A DNA stretch of 64,000 nucleotides from Leucoraja ocellata (Eukaryota): contig JAWMAR010000077.1 in the NCBI GenBank assembly GCA_036785375.1, positions 1,674,001-1,738,000 on the forward strand. The letters are read 5' to 3'. Below the pieces are notes generated by a model. The model made no database searches, was not told the origin of the DNA, and saw nothing but the letters and a program-made list of their open reading frames with translations. Numbering within the stretch: the stretch's first letter is position 1; each line of letters begins with the position of its first letter. The position numbers and the translations under genes are program-made. Positions 1 to 10,737 of the stretch are shown piece by piece.

Positions 1-199
1 AGATTGTGATTGTGTTCTGCTGCGTCTTTGCCATATACGAGGATATCATCGACAATAATGGCACTAGGCAGGCCCTCGAATAGATGCTCCATGGCTCTCT
101 GGAAGACTTCACTTGCAGAGTTAATTCCAAACGGCATTCTCAGGAACTTATATCTGCGGAATGGGGTGGCAAATGTAGTGAGGCTTGATGACTTCTTGT

Positions 200-638
200 A
201 GAAACATAGAAACATAGAAATTTGGTGCAGGAGTAGGCCATTCGGCCCTTCGAGCCTGCACCGCCATTCAATATGATCATGGCTGATCATCCAACTCAGT
301 ATCCCATCCCTGCCTTCTCTCCATACCCCCTGATCCCCTTAGCCACAAGGGCCACATCTAACTCCCTCTTAAATATAGCCAATGAACTCGCCTCAACTAC
401 CCTCTGTGGCAGAGAGTTCCAGAGATTCACCACTCTCTGTGTGGAAAATGTTCTTCTCATCTCAGTTTTAAAGGATTTCCCCCTTATCCTTAAGCTGTGA
501 CCCCTTGTCCTGGACTTCCCTAACATCGGGAACAATCTTCCTGCATCTAGCCTGTCCAACCCCTTAAGAATTTTGTAAGTTTCTATAAGATCCCCTCTCA
601 ATCTCCTAAATTCTAGAGTATAAACCAAGTCTATCCAG
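200..638 (-). mobile_element. 5'-truncated CR1 LINE inserted in the Gypsy RT
   Basis: CR1 ORF2 C-terminus (LEFRRLRGDLIETYKIL...QRVVNLWNSLP), short tandem tail AGAAACAT repeats at 200-218, and target duplication TCTTGT at 194-199 and 639-644. Confidence 0.92.
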
Positions 639-1730
639 TCTTGTCCAGCGGTATCTGCCAGAAAGAGTTCTTAGCATCAAGAACAGAAAATAGGGTGGCC
701 ATTCCGACCTTTGTCGCAACATCCTCCACGGTCTTCATGGGATGGTGTGGGCGCTTAATGGCAGTATTCAGGTCTTTCGGGTTGATGCACAGACGGATTT
801 TGTTCTTTCCCTTCTTGAATGTGGCAATCATGGTCTCGACTCAGTCGGTGGGGTCGCTGACTGCTTCAATTACGCCCATGGAGGTCATGTCCTTCAGCAT
901 AGAGTGAACCCTGTCAGTCATGGCAAATGACAATCGGTGTGGGGCTCGGATGACGGGCGTCACATCGGGACCAGTAGTAATCCTGTAAATCACGGGCAAG
1001 CTGCCTCGGTTGTTGTCGAAGGGATCAGGAAATTCACTCAGCGGGTCAAACGAAATTTGTAATTAATGGACAGTTTTGTCAAAGGAAATCAGCCCCAGCT
1101 CTTGACAGGCACGATTACCAAGCAGGGTGGCTGAGTCAAAGTTCAGGATATAAAAGGTTAAAACCCTCGTGGATCTTTTCAGTACACATCTCAAGTTGGT
1201 TTTGCCCAGAGGAACCAATACCTTCCCTCCGAAAGCATGTAAAGTGGACCTGTCCTTGATAAGAGGCTCGTTAGTTCTAATTTTGTTGAAAAGATTGATT
1301 GACATTGTGTTTACCTTGGACCCCGTGTCTAATTTCGCGCCAAAGACCACATTGTTTACTGATATCATCACGGGCGGTTCTGGATTCCTCATGGCTAATT
1401 GCTGCAGAGAGTAGATGGGGTTAACAAAATCATCTTGAGAATTAATTGGGCTGTGGGCTGGAACAGCTGTGAGCTGGTAATTGTTGGGAGTAACAATGTT
1501 GCTGTCTAGTCGCAAAAAATTGAGATTAGACTTGGAGCTTGGCGAATCCCTCCCCCTAGCACGGATTGAGGCCCTACACACTGAAGCAAAGTGGGTTGGG
1601 TTTTTTTTGCAGTAATTGCATGTTTTCCCGAGGGTGGGGCAGGCTGATTGTCTGTTGTGTAAGTAATTGCAGTTAGGACATCTCTGCTGCGGACCGCTGC
1701 GAACCGCCTGACTAGCTTGGGTTGTAAATC

Positions 1731-1790
1731 GAATAGAATAGAATAGTTTCTTTACTGTCATTGTAACATGAACCATGTACAACGAAATTT
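1731..1790 (-). mobile_element. Very short retroposon 3' tail inserted in Gypsy gag
   Basis: (AATAG)n tail flanked by a duplicated AATCG; it interrupts the gag frame. Confidence 0.55.
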
Positions 1791-1985
1791 AATCGCCTGT
1801 TATCTGTGTTTGTTCGCTGCCTAGTGGAGCCCATCTCATTGATTGTTTTTGTTTCATGCGAGCCTTCTATGGGGTCGATGAATTCAGCAGTTCTGCATGC
1901 GTGCACAGCTTCATCAACCGTCAAATCTGTCCGTCTCAGAAGCTCTGATCTGAGCTTTAAATCGCTCATGCCATTCGCTAATATG

Positions 1986-3026
1986 TAGCAATGTTACAAA
2001 ATTTTGAGATTTAAAAAATCAAGTCTGTAATTTATCCCATCAGATAAAGCATAAAAAGAAGTTTAATTTGGCACCTAATTCACTTTCATATCTCAAGTAT
2101 TTAAAAGGTTATGGCCATTTTCATACTCGGAAATTAGCATCTTGTTCCCTATTGATTTTCTATGGACATAACAAAAAAGCTGTGATCGTGAACAGTCAAA
2201 AGCACATAACCTTCTTAAAAATTAAGAGAACTGAATGAAATTTTCAGTTATCATAGATTGAACCATTCTGAAACAAATATAAAATAATCTTACTTGGATG
2301 ACCTGAAATTAAAGCATATAATTAGTTAGTTACCCACTTGTAGCTAATTTCAAACTTCAATTACTAGATCTAAACATCTATCCATTTCTTAATAAATGAT
2401 TAACATTTTTAAATAGCCTAAGTGTCCAAATAATATTCACAAATAATTCACAATAAAACATGATTTTTAAATCTCATTTGCATTAATTTATAGGCCAAAT
2501 GGAACGAATTTAGTGTTCAATTGCTGTGAATTAAAGTCCATTTTAAATCAGCTTTCTAGTGGGATCCTGTGAACCCACTGATTTAGAACGTTCACATTGC
2601 GGTAGATTTGTGCCCTCAAATGCCCAGAAAAATACTGCGGGATATAATGGGCCCAAAATTAGCTACTCGCAATATTAAACTTTGTATAAAGTGATCTTAA
2701 GAAGCCCTTTTTAATGTAAAAATATACTGCTACTCTTCAGATTTCTGCTCTATAGACCCAGCTGGTTGCGAGCCGTCAGGGGTTTAGAGTTTAATTTTTA
2801 ATCTACTATAGCACTTAGGAAAAACTCGTAAAACTAATAATAGCTCATGTGAGGGAACCTACCAGCGAATTTTCGTTAATAATTAACTAGGCTGAACAAA
2901 CTCGATTTGAACAGCCTAGAGAAAATCGCGTTTTAAACCCGCCCCCCTCTAAACGGCGTCAAAATCGAGCACACGGGCTGGGGCAGATTTTCAACGACGC
3001 TTCAGGTACGCTTTGCAACGTACCTA
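1986..3026. mobile_element. Non-autonomous DNA transposon (~1.04 kb) inserted in Gypsy gag
   Basis: Duplicated TAATATG at 1979-1985 and 3027-3033. Imperfect TIRs TAGCAATGTTACAAAA versus TAGGTACGTTGCAAAG. Removing the insert restores the gag frame TRDILANGMSD. AT-rich with no ORF. Confidence 0.8.
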
Positions 3027-3571
3027 TAATATGTCCCTCGTTAGCTGATCAGTTAGCTGATCAATCGGAAATAGTTCTAACCGACCATGTTGGGCTATAC
3101 ACATCAAATCAGAAATAAACGAGTCTGCCCTTTCGCCAGGGAGCTGACGATGAGAGAAGAACCATGCCCTATCCAAAATGTGGTTAGAGGGCAGGTCACA
3201 GATCTGGCTCAGTTTACGTAGCAGGACATTGGGGTCGTCAGGAGATTCTGCTGGGGTTATTACCTGACCGTTGGCATCGCAGACCGCTGGAGCATAGCGG
3301 AATGTTCTTGACCGACGAAGGGCAGCTGGACCCGCAAGGTTGAGCAGGAGAGAAGCTTTGACAGCATCTGGTTCATTTCGGTGTGCAATGTTCATGTAGT
3401 GCTGGTAGTCGAGTTCAAACGTAGCCCAGCGTTCGCTGATATCTACATCAAAGACAAGAGGGTCAGGCTTTCGACGAGAGGAGGCCATCGTAAAGTAAGA
3501 CAAAACTCCCCAAAATGATTTAAAAAAAACCCATTATACAGAAAATGAGGGTCAGACCACTTCTGACGCCA

Positions 3572-3768
3572 TGTAAACAAGTGCCAAAGTTATTGCATGG
3601 TTTAAACACGTCTTTAATAATCACGTAGCAACACTAGGATAACTGGTCGTCAGTACACCCTAGCTGCTCGAACCCAAGTGCCCGGGGTGGGGCATTAGTA
3701 AGAGTGTTAGTATGGGTGTTGTGAAGGGGTGGAGTTAGTGGTGCTGGCTTTTGTGTGATTGGTTCACA
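3572..3768 (-). mobile_element. 5' LTR of the Gypsy element (~197 bp)
   Basis: Abuts the PBS. Termini TGTAAAC...GTTCACA form an imperfect inverted repeat with TG...CA ends. An ATTAAA signal lies on the - strand near 3613. Confidence 0.75.
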
Positions 3769-4470
3769 TGCACTCAATCTACAATTTCCACTCGCTGAAA
3801 GATTCTGGAACTGGAGTCATAGTGTCAGTATTTGAAATAAGTAATTTGGGACTGAGATGAGGAGAAATGTTTTCATCAGGTGTCTACCTACCTCCGTCTT
3901 AAAAATACACTCTCTCAGGAAGAAAGTTGCAAGGACTCACAAATCCATCTGGGAGAGGAAAAAAAATACACCTTACCTCTTCTTAACTGAGTGATATTTC
4001 TTAATAAACACTGATCCATGGCACTAGATTCTCCCATAAGAGGGAACAACCACCCTCGAAGATCTGACGTTTCAACCATCTAAGCTCCAGCAGATACAAG
4101 TCAAGCCTATGCAATCATTCCCCATAAGTCAATCTAACCACTCCATGCATTTGTAGTAAAACTAAACATAGTTATTTTTCCTTACTATTTGCTGTACACC
4201 ATTTGTGAATCGTGTTCTAGGAAACCCTGCATGCCAAGACTAAATCTCACCAGATTTTTTGGACAATTTCACATTTTTATTCATTACAGAGCAGAGATTC
4301 TGCTCCAGACTCAACCAGGGCAAGAGACTACCAGGAGGCCAAAGAAGGCACTTCAAATATATTCTCAGAGCTCCCAGGATGTCAATGAGCTCTTTGTGCC
4401 AAATAGAACAGCACGTTTGGGAGCAGCGGAGGGGAAGTGATCAAGTGAATTGAGGGAAAGTGTAAAGAGA

Positions 4471-4760
4471 GGTGGCACAGTAGTGAGCAGTACTGCATCA
4501 CAGCTCCAGGTGCCTGGGTCTGATTCTGACCAGTCTGTGTCAAACTCGCATGTTGTCCAAATGTGTTTCCCGTGTGCTCTGGTTTCCCTGTACATCCTGA
4601 GGACACACTGGTAGGCTAATTGGCTATTTGTATGCATTATATAGCAAAAGAAACAAAATTGTGTCATTTAGGGTATTTGATAGAGAATACATTGCACAGT
4701 ACAGGGGAATAAGGAGGAGGAAAATGGGACTGATGGGATTGCTTTGCAGGTAGCTGGGTG
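4471..4760 (+). mobile_element. Degenerate tRNA-derived SINE (HE1/V-SINE-like)
   Basis: tRNA-like head GGTGGCACAGTAGTGAGC...GGGTCTGATTCTGACC, followed by the GCTCTGGTTTCC core also seen in the 11785 copy. Confidence 0.6.
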
Positions 4761-5438
4761 GACTTAGTAGGGTGAATGGAATGCAATAAAAAGGCAGAAG
4801 AATGCAGAATTTTCAAAAATACCAACTCACCTTCCTTATTAAGCATTAACTGGCCTGTCCATGATAAAGTCTTCAGGACCCACAAGTCAACATAGTGAAA
4901 CCGATGGGCACACCTTGATTACTTCAATAAAGACTTATTATAGGTGGAGCAAATGAGCCGGGATCAGTGCATGGGACTATAAAGTTGTGGCCACTATGGA
5001 GACTTGGTTACGAGAGGGATAGGACTACCTGCTCAACGTTCTGTAGTTTCACTGTTTTAGACATGATTGAATGGGAGGAATTGCCTTTCTAATCAGAGAG
5101 TATGCAACAGTGGTACCCAGGGACAATATAACGAAAGGCTCAGCCACGTCACCAAATGGGTAGAGCTCAAAAATAAGTACGGTGTCGTGGTAGCCATTCA
5201 AGGGAGATAATAGGCAAGGCATGAAGGACAGAACTGGGCATGGGAATAATTGGGTGTGCTTTAACAAATGGACTAAATGGCAGTCACTCTTCAATGATTA
5301 TCTGGTTACAATAAATTAAAATCAGTCCCACGTTCTGCTCATCGTCGTGCCTCAGTGTGGCTTCCCATATCGGCATATAGTGTATATTGTGCACACAGTG
5401 CAACTGAACCTTTGGGCGTCCGATCAATGATGGAAGCT

Positions 5439-5506
5439 TCTTAATTTGAATTAGAAAATTTAATTGGATGCCTCTTAATTGGAATTAGAAAATTTAATTG
5501 GACGCC
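5439..5506. repeat. Tandem duplication, 2 x 34 bp
   Basis: TCTTAATTTGAATTAGAAAATTTAATTGGATGCC followed by TCTTAATTGGAATTAGAAAATTTAATTGGACGCC. Confidence 0.85.
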
Positions 5507-5529
5507 TCTTTGAAGCAATGCTCCATCCA

Positions 5530-6030
5530 AGACTGCAATAAATGCAGCGAATTGTGGACGTAGCCCAGGACAACCCATAAGCCAACCTCCCCTCTATTTA
5601 CTCCATTTAAACCTCACACTGCCTCGGCAAGGCAGCGGCATAATCAAGGACGAGTCGCACCCTGGTCACTACCTCTTCTCCCTTCTTCCATCAGGCAAAG
5701 TATATGGAAGTGTGAAAACGCACATCTCCAGATTCAGGGACAATTTCTTGCCAGTTGTTATCAGGCAAATGAATCATCCTACCACAAGCAGAGAGCAGTG
5801 CTGGACTACTCTGTACCTCTTTGATGCCCCTCGGACGTTGGGACTTTGCTGGCCTTACCTTGCACTAAACATCGTTCCCTTGAACGGCTTTGCAAATGCA
5901 CTGTAAAACTTGTAAATATGGCTCGATTGTGATCATGTATTGTCTTTTTACTGGCTGGATAGCACATAACAGGAACGTTTCACTGTACAACGGTACACGT
6001 GACAATACACCAAACTGAACTGGACTGAAT
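5530..6030 (+). mobile_element. LINE 3' fragment (L2/Rex-like family)
   Basis: Decayed IIKDxSHPGH..LPSG..Y.S.KTHISRFRDNF motif and short tandem tail. Related pieces at ~12030-12420, 18505-18880, 47440-47720, 48440-49020 and 60940-61750. Confidence 0.65.
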
Positions 6031-6173
6031 TAGAACTAGCAGGCATAGGTGTGATCGCCTGACAGACTCTTCTGATTCTCTGCTTGGGCAACTCTGGAAT
6101 TACTGTGTCAGGTCCTAGGTCATTCCGCTATATTCTGGGGATGTGAGATTGTGAGGTTAAACAATGAGCGATC

Positions 6174-6201
6174 AGTTATTATGAGCTGATTTAATGTTGT
6201 G
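6174..6201 (+). promoter_or_regulatory. 12-RSS of J-gamma 1 (degenerate)
   Basis: Nonamer AGTTATTAT (6174-6182), exactly 12-bp spacer, heptamer TGTTGTG (6195-6201) retaining the essential GTG next to the coding end. Confidence 0.6.
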
Positions 6202-6260
6202 GTATGTGAGCGATGGACAACCATGGTGTTTCGGATTTGGAATCAAACTGGCTGTAGCAG
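6202..6260 (+). CDS. TRGJ: TCR gamma J segment 1 (YVSDGQPWCFGFGIKLAVA)
   Basis: FGXG motif followed by KLAV, phase-1 donor AG|GTACAC at 6260/6261, upstream 12-RSS, and typical length (59 nt). Confidence 0.75.
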
Positions 6261-7296
6261 GTACACGTGATTCAACCTGCATCCCGACCCTCGCTTGAAC
6301 ATTTTACTAAGCACTTGTGAAAATGTAGTCATCATTGTGATGTAGAACCCGCAGCCTGGATCATGGTGAGGACCATTCATTCTTTATTTGTCACGTGTTT
6401 CAGGGGTAGCTATTGATGAGGAACGCCCATTGCTGCTCCTTCAAATAATGTTTGCGTGGAGTTTCACGTAAGGTTATAGAGCTGCTGCCTCCATATTCCA
6501 ATGAACCCGATCTCCAGTGCTGACTGTGTGGAGTTGTCACGTTCTCCCTGTGACCGCGAGATTTCTGACGGGTGCTCCGCTTTTCTCCCACATCGCGAAG
6601 ACGTGCGGGTGGTAGGGTGATAGCCCACTGCAGAAATTGCTCCGACTGTGAGGTGAATGAGAGAATCTGGTGGGAGTTGGTGGGAATGTGAGTCGAACAA
6701 GTGGGATCGATGTGGGATTTAGAATCAATGAGTGCTCGATGGATTGTTTGGACCAGGAGGGCATACGATGCTGTTCAAAGCTCTTTCCCACCACGACCAA
6801 GACAACGAGGAGACCGCTGTCGATGCCCCACACTCTTTGTCCGGCTCCGAATCTTTGTTCAATTTTTCTGGACTTGCCCATGAGACCGAGGGTTAACGGG
6901 TCGAGTTACGAGCTACGTGTTGCTGCAGATTGCAGCGTGGGAATTTCCATCCAATCAGGAAATCATCGGATCACCCAACTCTCACTGAGGACGTGGGTAT
7001 TTTACAGAAGATTGCTTGAATCTGGCTGACCCAGGTACGGGGATTTACCGAGATGAACTAGTTCGCTTAGCGTGTAAGAAGGAATGGCAGATGCTGGTTT
7101 TACCCGAAGATAGACACATTGAAAGACTTTGATAGACACATTGATAGACCCTTGAAAGGTCTCGACCCGAAACGTCATCCATTCCTTCTCTCCAGATATA
7201 CTGCCTGTCCCGCTGAGTTACTCCAGCTCTTTGTGTCTATCTCAGTTCAGTTAGTGACCGACAGGTGCCGGGGCCGGTGCCTGTGTTGGGGCGCGA

Positions 7297-7324
7297 TGTT
7301 CTTGACAGACGGTGTAACACCGTG
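7297..7324 (+). promoter_or_regulatory. 12-RSS of J-gamma 2
   Basis: Nonamer TGTTCTTGA (7297-7305), 12-bp spacer CAGACGGTGTAA, heptamer CACCGTG (7318-7324). Confidence 0.88.
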
Positions 7325-7381
7325 CGACCTCTAATGGGTATATAAAGATATTTGGCACTGGAACCAAACTCATCGTCACAG
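7325..7381 (+). CDS. TRGJ: TCR gamma J segment 2 (TSNGYIKIFGTGTKLIVT)
   Basis: Classic TRGJ signature YIKIFGxGTKLIVT, phase-1 donor AG|GTGAGT, 12-RSS. Confidence 0.95.
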
Positions 7382-7508
7382 GTGAGTCTTTGAACATGAC
7401 CGAACCCCCTGGGACACACGAGATAAACCGGATAACTAGCGAGGATTGTTGGGCGAAAGGTTTGGGAGAGGGGAGGGAGGTTCGCGCGGTGCAGATTCGG
7501 GGCCGGGA

Positions 7509-7536
7509 GGTTATTGTACATGCACTGAACACCGTG
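7509..7536 (+). promoter_or_regulatory. 12-RSS of J-gamma 3
   Basis: Nonamer GGTTATTGT (7509-7517), 12-bp spacer ACATGCACTGAA, heptamer CACCGTG (7530-7536). Confidence 0.93.
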
Positions 7537-7593
7537 CCACATCTGGTACATGGAGGAAAATATTCGGCAACGGGACTCGGCTTATCGTCACAG
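7537..7593 (+). CDS. TRGJ: TCR gamma J segment 3 (TSGTWRKIFGNGTRLIVT)
   Basis: WxKIFGxGTRLIVT TRGJ signature, phase-1 donor AG|GTAGGT, 12-RSS. Confidence 0.95.
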
Positions 7594-8029
7594 GTAGGTC
7601 TGGGGTGGGGGGCATCCAGGAGCAGGGGTAGACTGCAACTCTTCGAGAACTGTCGGGAAAGGTTGGAGGGAGGGTGGGAGAGGGTTGGGGGGGGGGGGTG
7701 GCAGCAGAGGGTACGTGGAGGGGGCATGAAGAACAGAGAGTGCGGGAGGGCTTGCAGCAAGGGGTTGTGTGCTCGCTTTCCACAAGAGAAAACTCCGTGC
7801 CCCCATCCGCAGACTTGTACATCGGTTCCCGGGTGCTATATTGATGCAATGGTTTGGGGGCGGAAAGTGACGGACTAGACTGACTGACACCAATTTTAAT
7901 CTCCTCACTGGGTATTTAGCGGCTCCTGTCATGAGATTTTCAGCATTCGGCGCCACTGAGAGGTATCCCTGCGGCGTGTCCCTATCATTTATTGTGAATC
8001 TTGTACGAAGCCAGATTTGCTCGAGAAGA

Positions 8030-8123
8030 TAGACACAAAGTGTTGGAGTAACTCAGCGGGTCAGGCAGTATCTATGAAGAAAAGGGATAGGTGACGTTTC
8101 GGGTCGGGGCCCTTCATCAGACT
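8030..8123 (-). mobile_element. Penelope-derived short repeat with hammerhead-like core
   Basis: Minus strand reads CTGATGA-AGGGCCCCGACCC-GAAACGTC-ACC. Same family as copies at ~7155, 15400, 31370, 36870-37110, 53423 and 61160. Confidence 0.7.
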
Positions 8124-10419
8124 CTGCTCGAGAACAGCTGAACGGGAGTGACCCGCGAGTATCTCCGCCATAAACATTAAAAATACGATGCAGGAAATTA
8201 AAATAGAAAATTCAGTAGCATTCCGAAAGTCAAACAGTAACTGTGGAAAGAGAAATAGAGTTAATGTTACAAATTGAGGATGCTTCTTCGAATTAAAAAG
8301 TTAACTCTGTTTCTCTATCCCGCCGTTTTGTATTTTAATGTCACAAAGCAGTCTGTGCACCATCAAGAATCAACCGGTTATGGAACGTCACAACTTGTTG
8401 CAGATTGTTATAGTAATCTGTAGTTTATTGATTCAGAATATCTGCTAAAGCTGGTTGTGTGGCTGCTGCTTGGATAGTATTTCTGGCCGCTGAATCACAC
8501 GGTGAGGCTGGGTTTTTGATAACGGCCCTGTTGTTGGAAGGGCACGCTACTGGTTGGTGCTAAGTGGCCGGGATATCGAGGTGTAGTTCAGATTTTGGCA
8601 GCGGTGGCGTTCCGCACGTCTTCAGATCCAACACCTGTTGTAGAGATCACACCCCGAACGATTTAACACCAGCTTCAAACATAACCGCTGTCGAAGTTCG
8701 TTATTAATTTGCATTGAAAATGGCAGAAGATTTAACCGACTTTACAAAATTGGGTTTCAGTGAGACTATCTGGGCTCTTTGACGGCGAACAACTGGTGAA
8801 TTGCGGATGTCGAATGTCTTGCGAATCCTTGTGATCGCCAAAAGTGCTCTTTATGTTCCGTAGCCGCTTGTACACAAGGTAGCCCGGGTATAATTTGACC
8901 AGGTTGTCAGTTTGAAGTCTGGGGTTGCAAACCCCAGAGAGATGGTTGAGAGGAAAGGAAAGAAAAAAAAAACAGGACCGGTCTTCAGGCAGAGGTTGTA
9001 TCGGGATTTCCAGCTGAGTAATTCGCCCGGTTCAGAAATTGATTCATTTCTTTTAGTGGAAAGTCCAGATTTGCTGCTACCCAAGATATTAAACCGTTAA
9101 TTCGACCGAGTTATAGCTTCTGTGAACTGCAATGGCACTAGTTCTAAATTGAAAATGCCGGACAGTAAAGATGTGGAGAAATGCCTCCCCTGGGATCCAG
9201 GGAAATACGGGAATTTGGACTAAATTGTGCTCGATAATATGAGGTATGGGCGGTAATGGAACGGTATTTATCAAATTGGAAGCCTGTGATTAGTGCCTGG
9301 ACCTTTGTTTTTTGGTGGATATGAATAGCGAGTTAGCTGCCGACACCAAGGTCGATAGTGTTCTGAATGGTGAGGATATTTCTACTGTTATACAACGACA
9401 TCCACCATTCATCAGATGTGCAAAGGAATGGCTAATGCAATTTAATACTGGATCAAAAATGAAATAATATATTCTGGGACTATTAAGGCTAGGACAAAGC
9501 CAACGATTGACGGGACCAGTGAATGTATTGAGGAATCGTAGGGTGGCCGTGCACATGTCTAGGGGCCCCTATAACCAGCAACGCGGGTTATTTGTAGTTA
9601 GGAAGACAAGTTGCCTTCATCAGCCGGGGTATAGAATATAAAAGCAGAGAGATAATGATACGTGTATATAAAAGACTAGTTAAGACACCGCTGGAATATT
9701 TGTGCATATTTCGGTCGCCGCGCATGGGAAAAACACGGTTGCTCATGAAGGATGCAGTAGAGGTGTAGCTTGGGACGAAACAGTTGAGTTAAGAGAGGAA
9801 AATGGAGAGGCTGGGTTCATTCCACTGGGAGTTGAGACAGATGATGCGGGACCTGTTTGACGTACACAAAATGTGGTGGTACATTGGCCGCGTAGGTAAA
9901 CCAGTGCCCACAATAGGAGTGCATTTATTAATAATAAAGTGTTGAAGGCGATATGAAGGAAAAAGTGTCACTCAAATGGTGGTTGAAATCTGGAATGCAC
10001 AGCCCGAGAAGGGTTCGTGGCGACAGGGCCTCTCGTTGTCAGGGAAGTTATTAGGTGAGCAATGAAAATGCGCGCCAAGTGCTGGCAAATCGGATTAGCA
10101 AAGATATCTAATGGCGGTCAAATTCGCGGTACTCACAAGTCCACTGTATGACTTTGAGGACAAGGACATTCAGGTGTTAAATCTCTTTCCACAGCCCTTT
10201 AAATCCACCCAATCTCCTGCGCTCCCAGAATTGGAAGCACTTGCCTGTTTAATCTGAACATTGCTATAATTTTAAATACTCTCATTATGTTTATTCTTTG
10301 CAAAGTGAATCCCCTCAGATTTGTCGGTGTTAAATTTCTAACTGTTTTCTCCAATCTGCAGCCGCTGATTTTCAGTGCGAATATTGGAATTTCTAATCAC
10401 ATTTATATTTTACATTCAG

Positions 10420-10737
10420 ATGTACCACCCAGAGCTCCGAAAATCCGTCTTTTCCCGCCGTCCGCCACTGAGCTGAAAGCCAATAGCAAGTCCGTTGCGG
10501 TCTGCCTGATTACCGACTTCTTCCCCGAGGTGATCAAGGTCGAGTGGAAAATCGATAAAGAGAAGCAGGAGGCGAAAGTCCAGACGGATTCGGTGACGAA
10601 AATGGGGACAAACACTTATTCGCTGATTAGCCGACTCGTTGTCACCAAGCTACAATGGGAGTCGAAAACAATTTCTTGCCACGCGAAACATGAAATCGAC
10701 GTCGCAGAATTATCGATTACAAGGCATTCCAAATACG
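10420..10737 (+). CDS. TRGC: TCR gamma constant region exon 1 (Ig C1-set domain)
   Basis: Polypyrimidine tract plus CAG acceptor at 10417-10419. Encodes DVPPRAPKIRLFPPS...AVCLITDFFPEVIKVEW...TYSLISRL...ISCHAKH with the canonical Cys, Trp and Cys. Donor G|GTACTA. The 318-nt exon is phase 1 to phase 1. Confidence 0.95.

Larger units (their letters stand above)
1..3571 (-). mobile_element. Gypsy/Ty3 LTR retrotransposon internal region (gag-protease-RT), decayed and interrupted by three insertions; continues off the left edge of the window
   Basis: Gag-like ORF 3024-3503 continues in 1712-1985. CCHC-type knuckle (CPNCNYLH...CNYCKKNPTHFASVC) and protease motif LDTGS lie in 1063-1782. RT motifs IRLCINPKDLN and SVLDAKNSFWQIPLD are at 640-831, resuming at 1-199 as TTFATPFRRYKFLRMPFGINSASEVFQRAM...IIVDDILVYG. 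A PBS, TGGCGTCAGAAGTGG (tRNA-Leu type), reads on the - strand at 3571-3557. Confidence 0.93.

Noticed and set aside
3746-3870. GGCTTTTGT followed by SGTGVIVSV, J-like
   Set aside because: The nonamer lies in the Gypsy LTR, there is no heptamer, and the downstream sequence resembles a CR1 3' remnant (GGACTGAGATGAGGAGAAAT).
4189-4440. AEILLQTQPGQETTRRPKK as a V-gamma N-terminus after a splice acceptor
   Set aside because: No conserved Cys or Trp, wrong phase for a leader intron, and no RSS.
6101-6170. TACTGTG heptamer just before J1
   Set aside because: No nonamer at 12 or 23 bp and no FGXG downstream.
8511-8630. Nonamer-like GGTTTTTGA and an in-frame FGSG (DFGSGGVPHVFR) as a possible fourth J
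   Set aside because: No GTG-ending heptamer at 12 or 23 bp from the nonamer, no TxLxV motif, and no splice donor.
6220-10476. TARP-like alternate-frame peptides (Kozak ACCATGG in J1 spliced to C gives 29 aa; ATG at the start of C exon 1 gives 18 aa)
   Set aside because: Very short, expected by chance, and no supporting feature.
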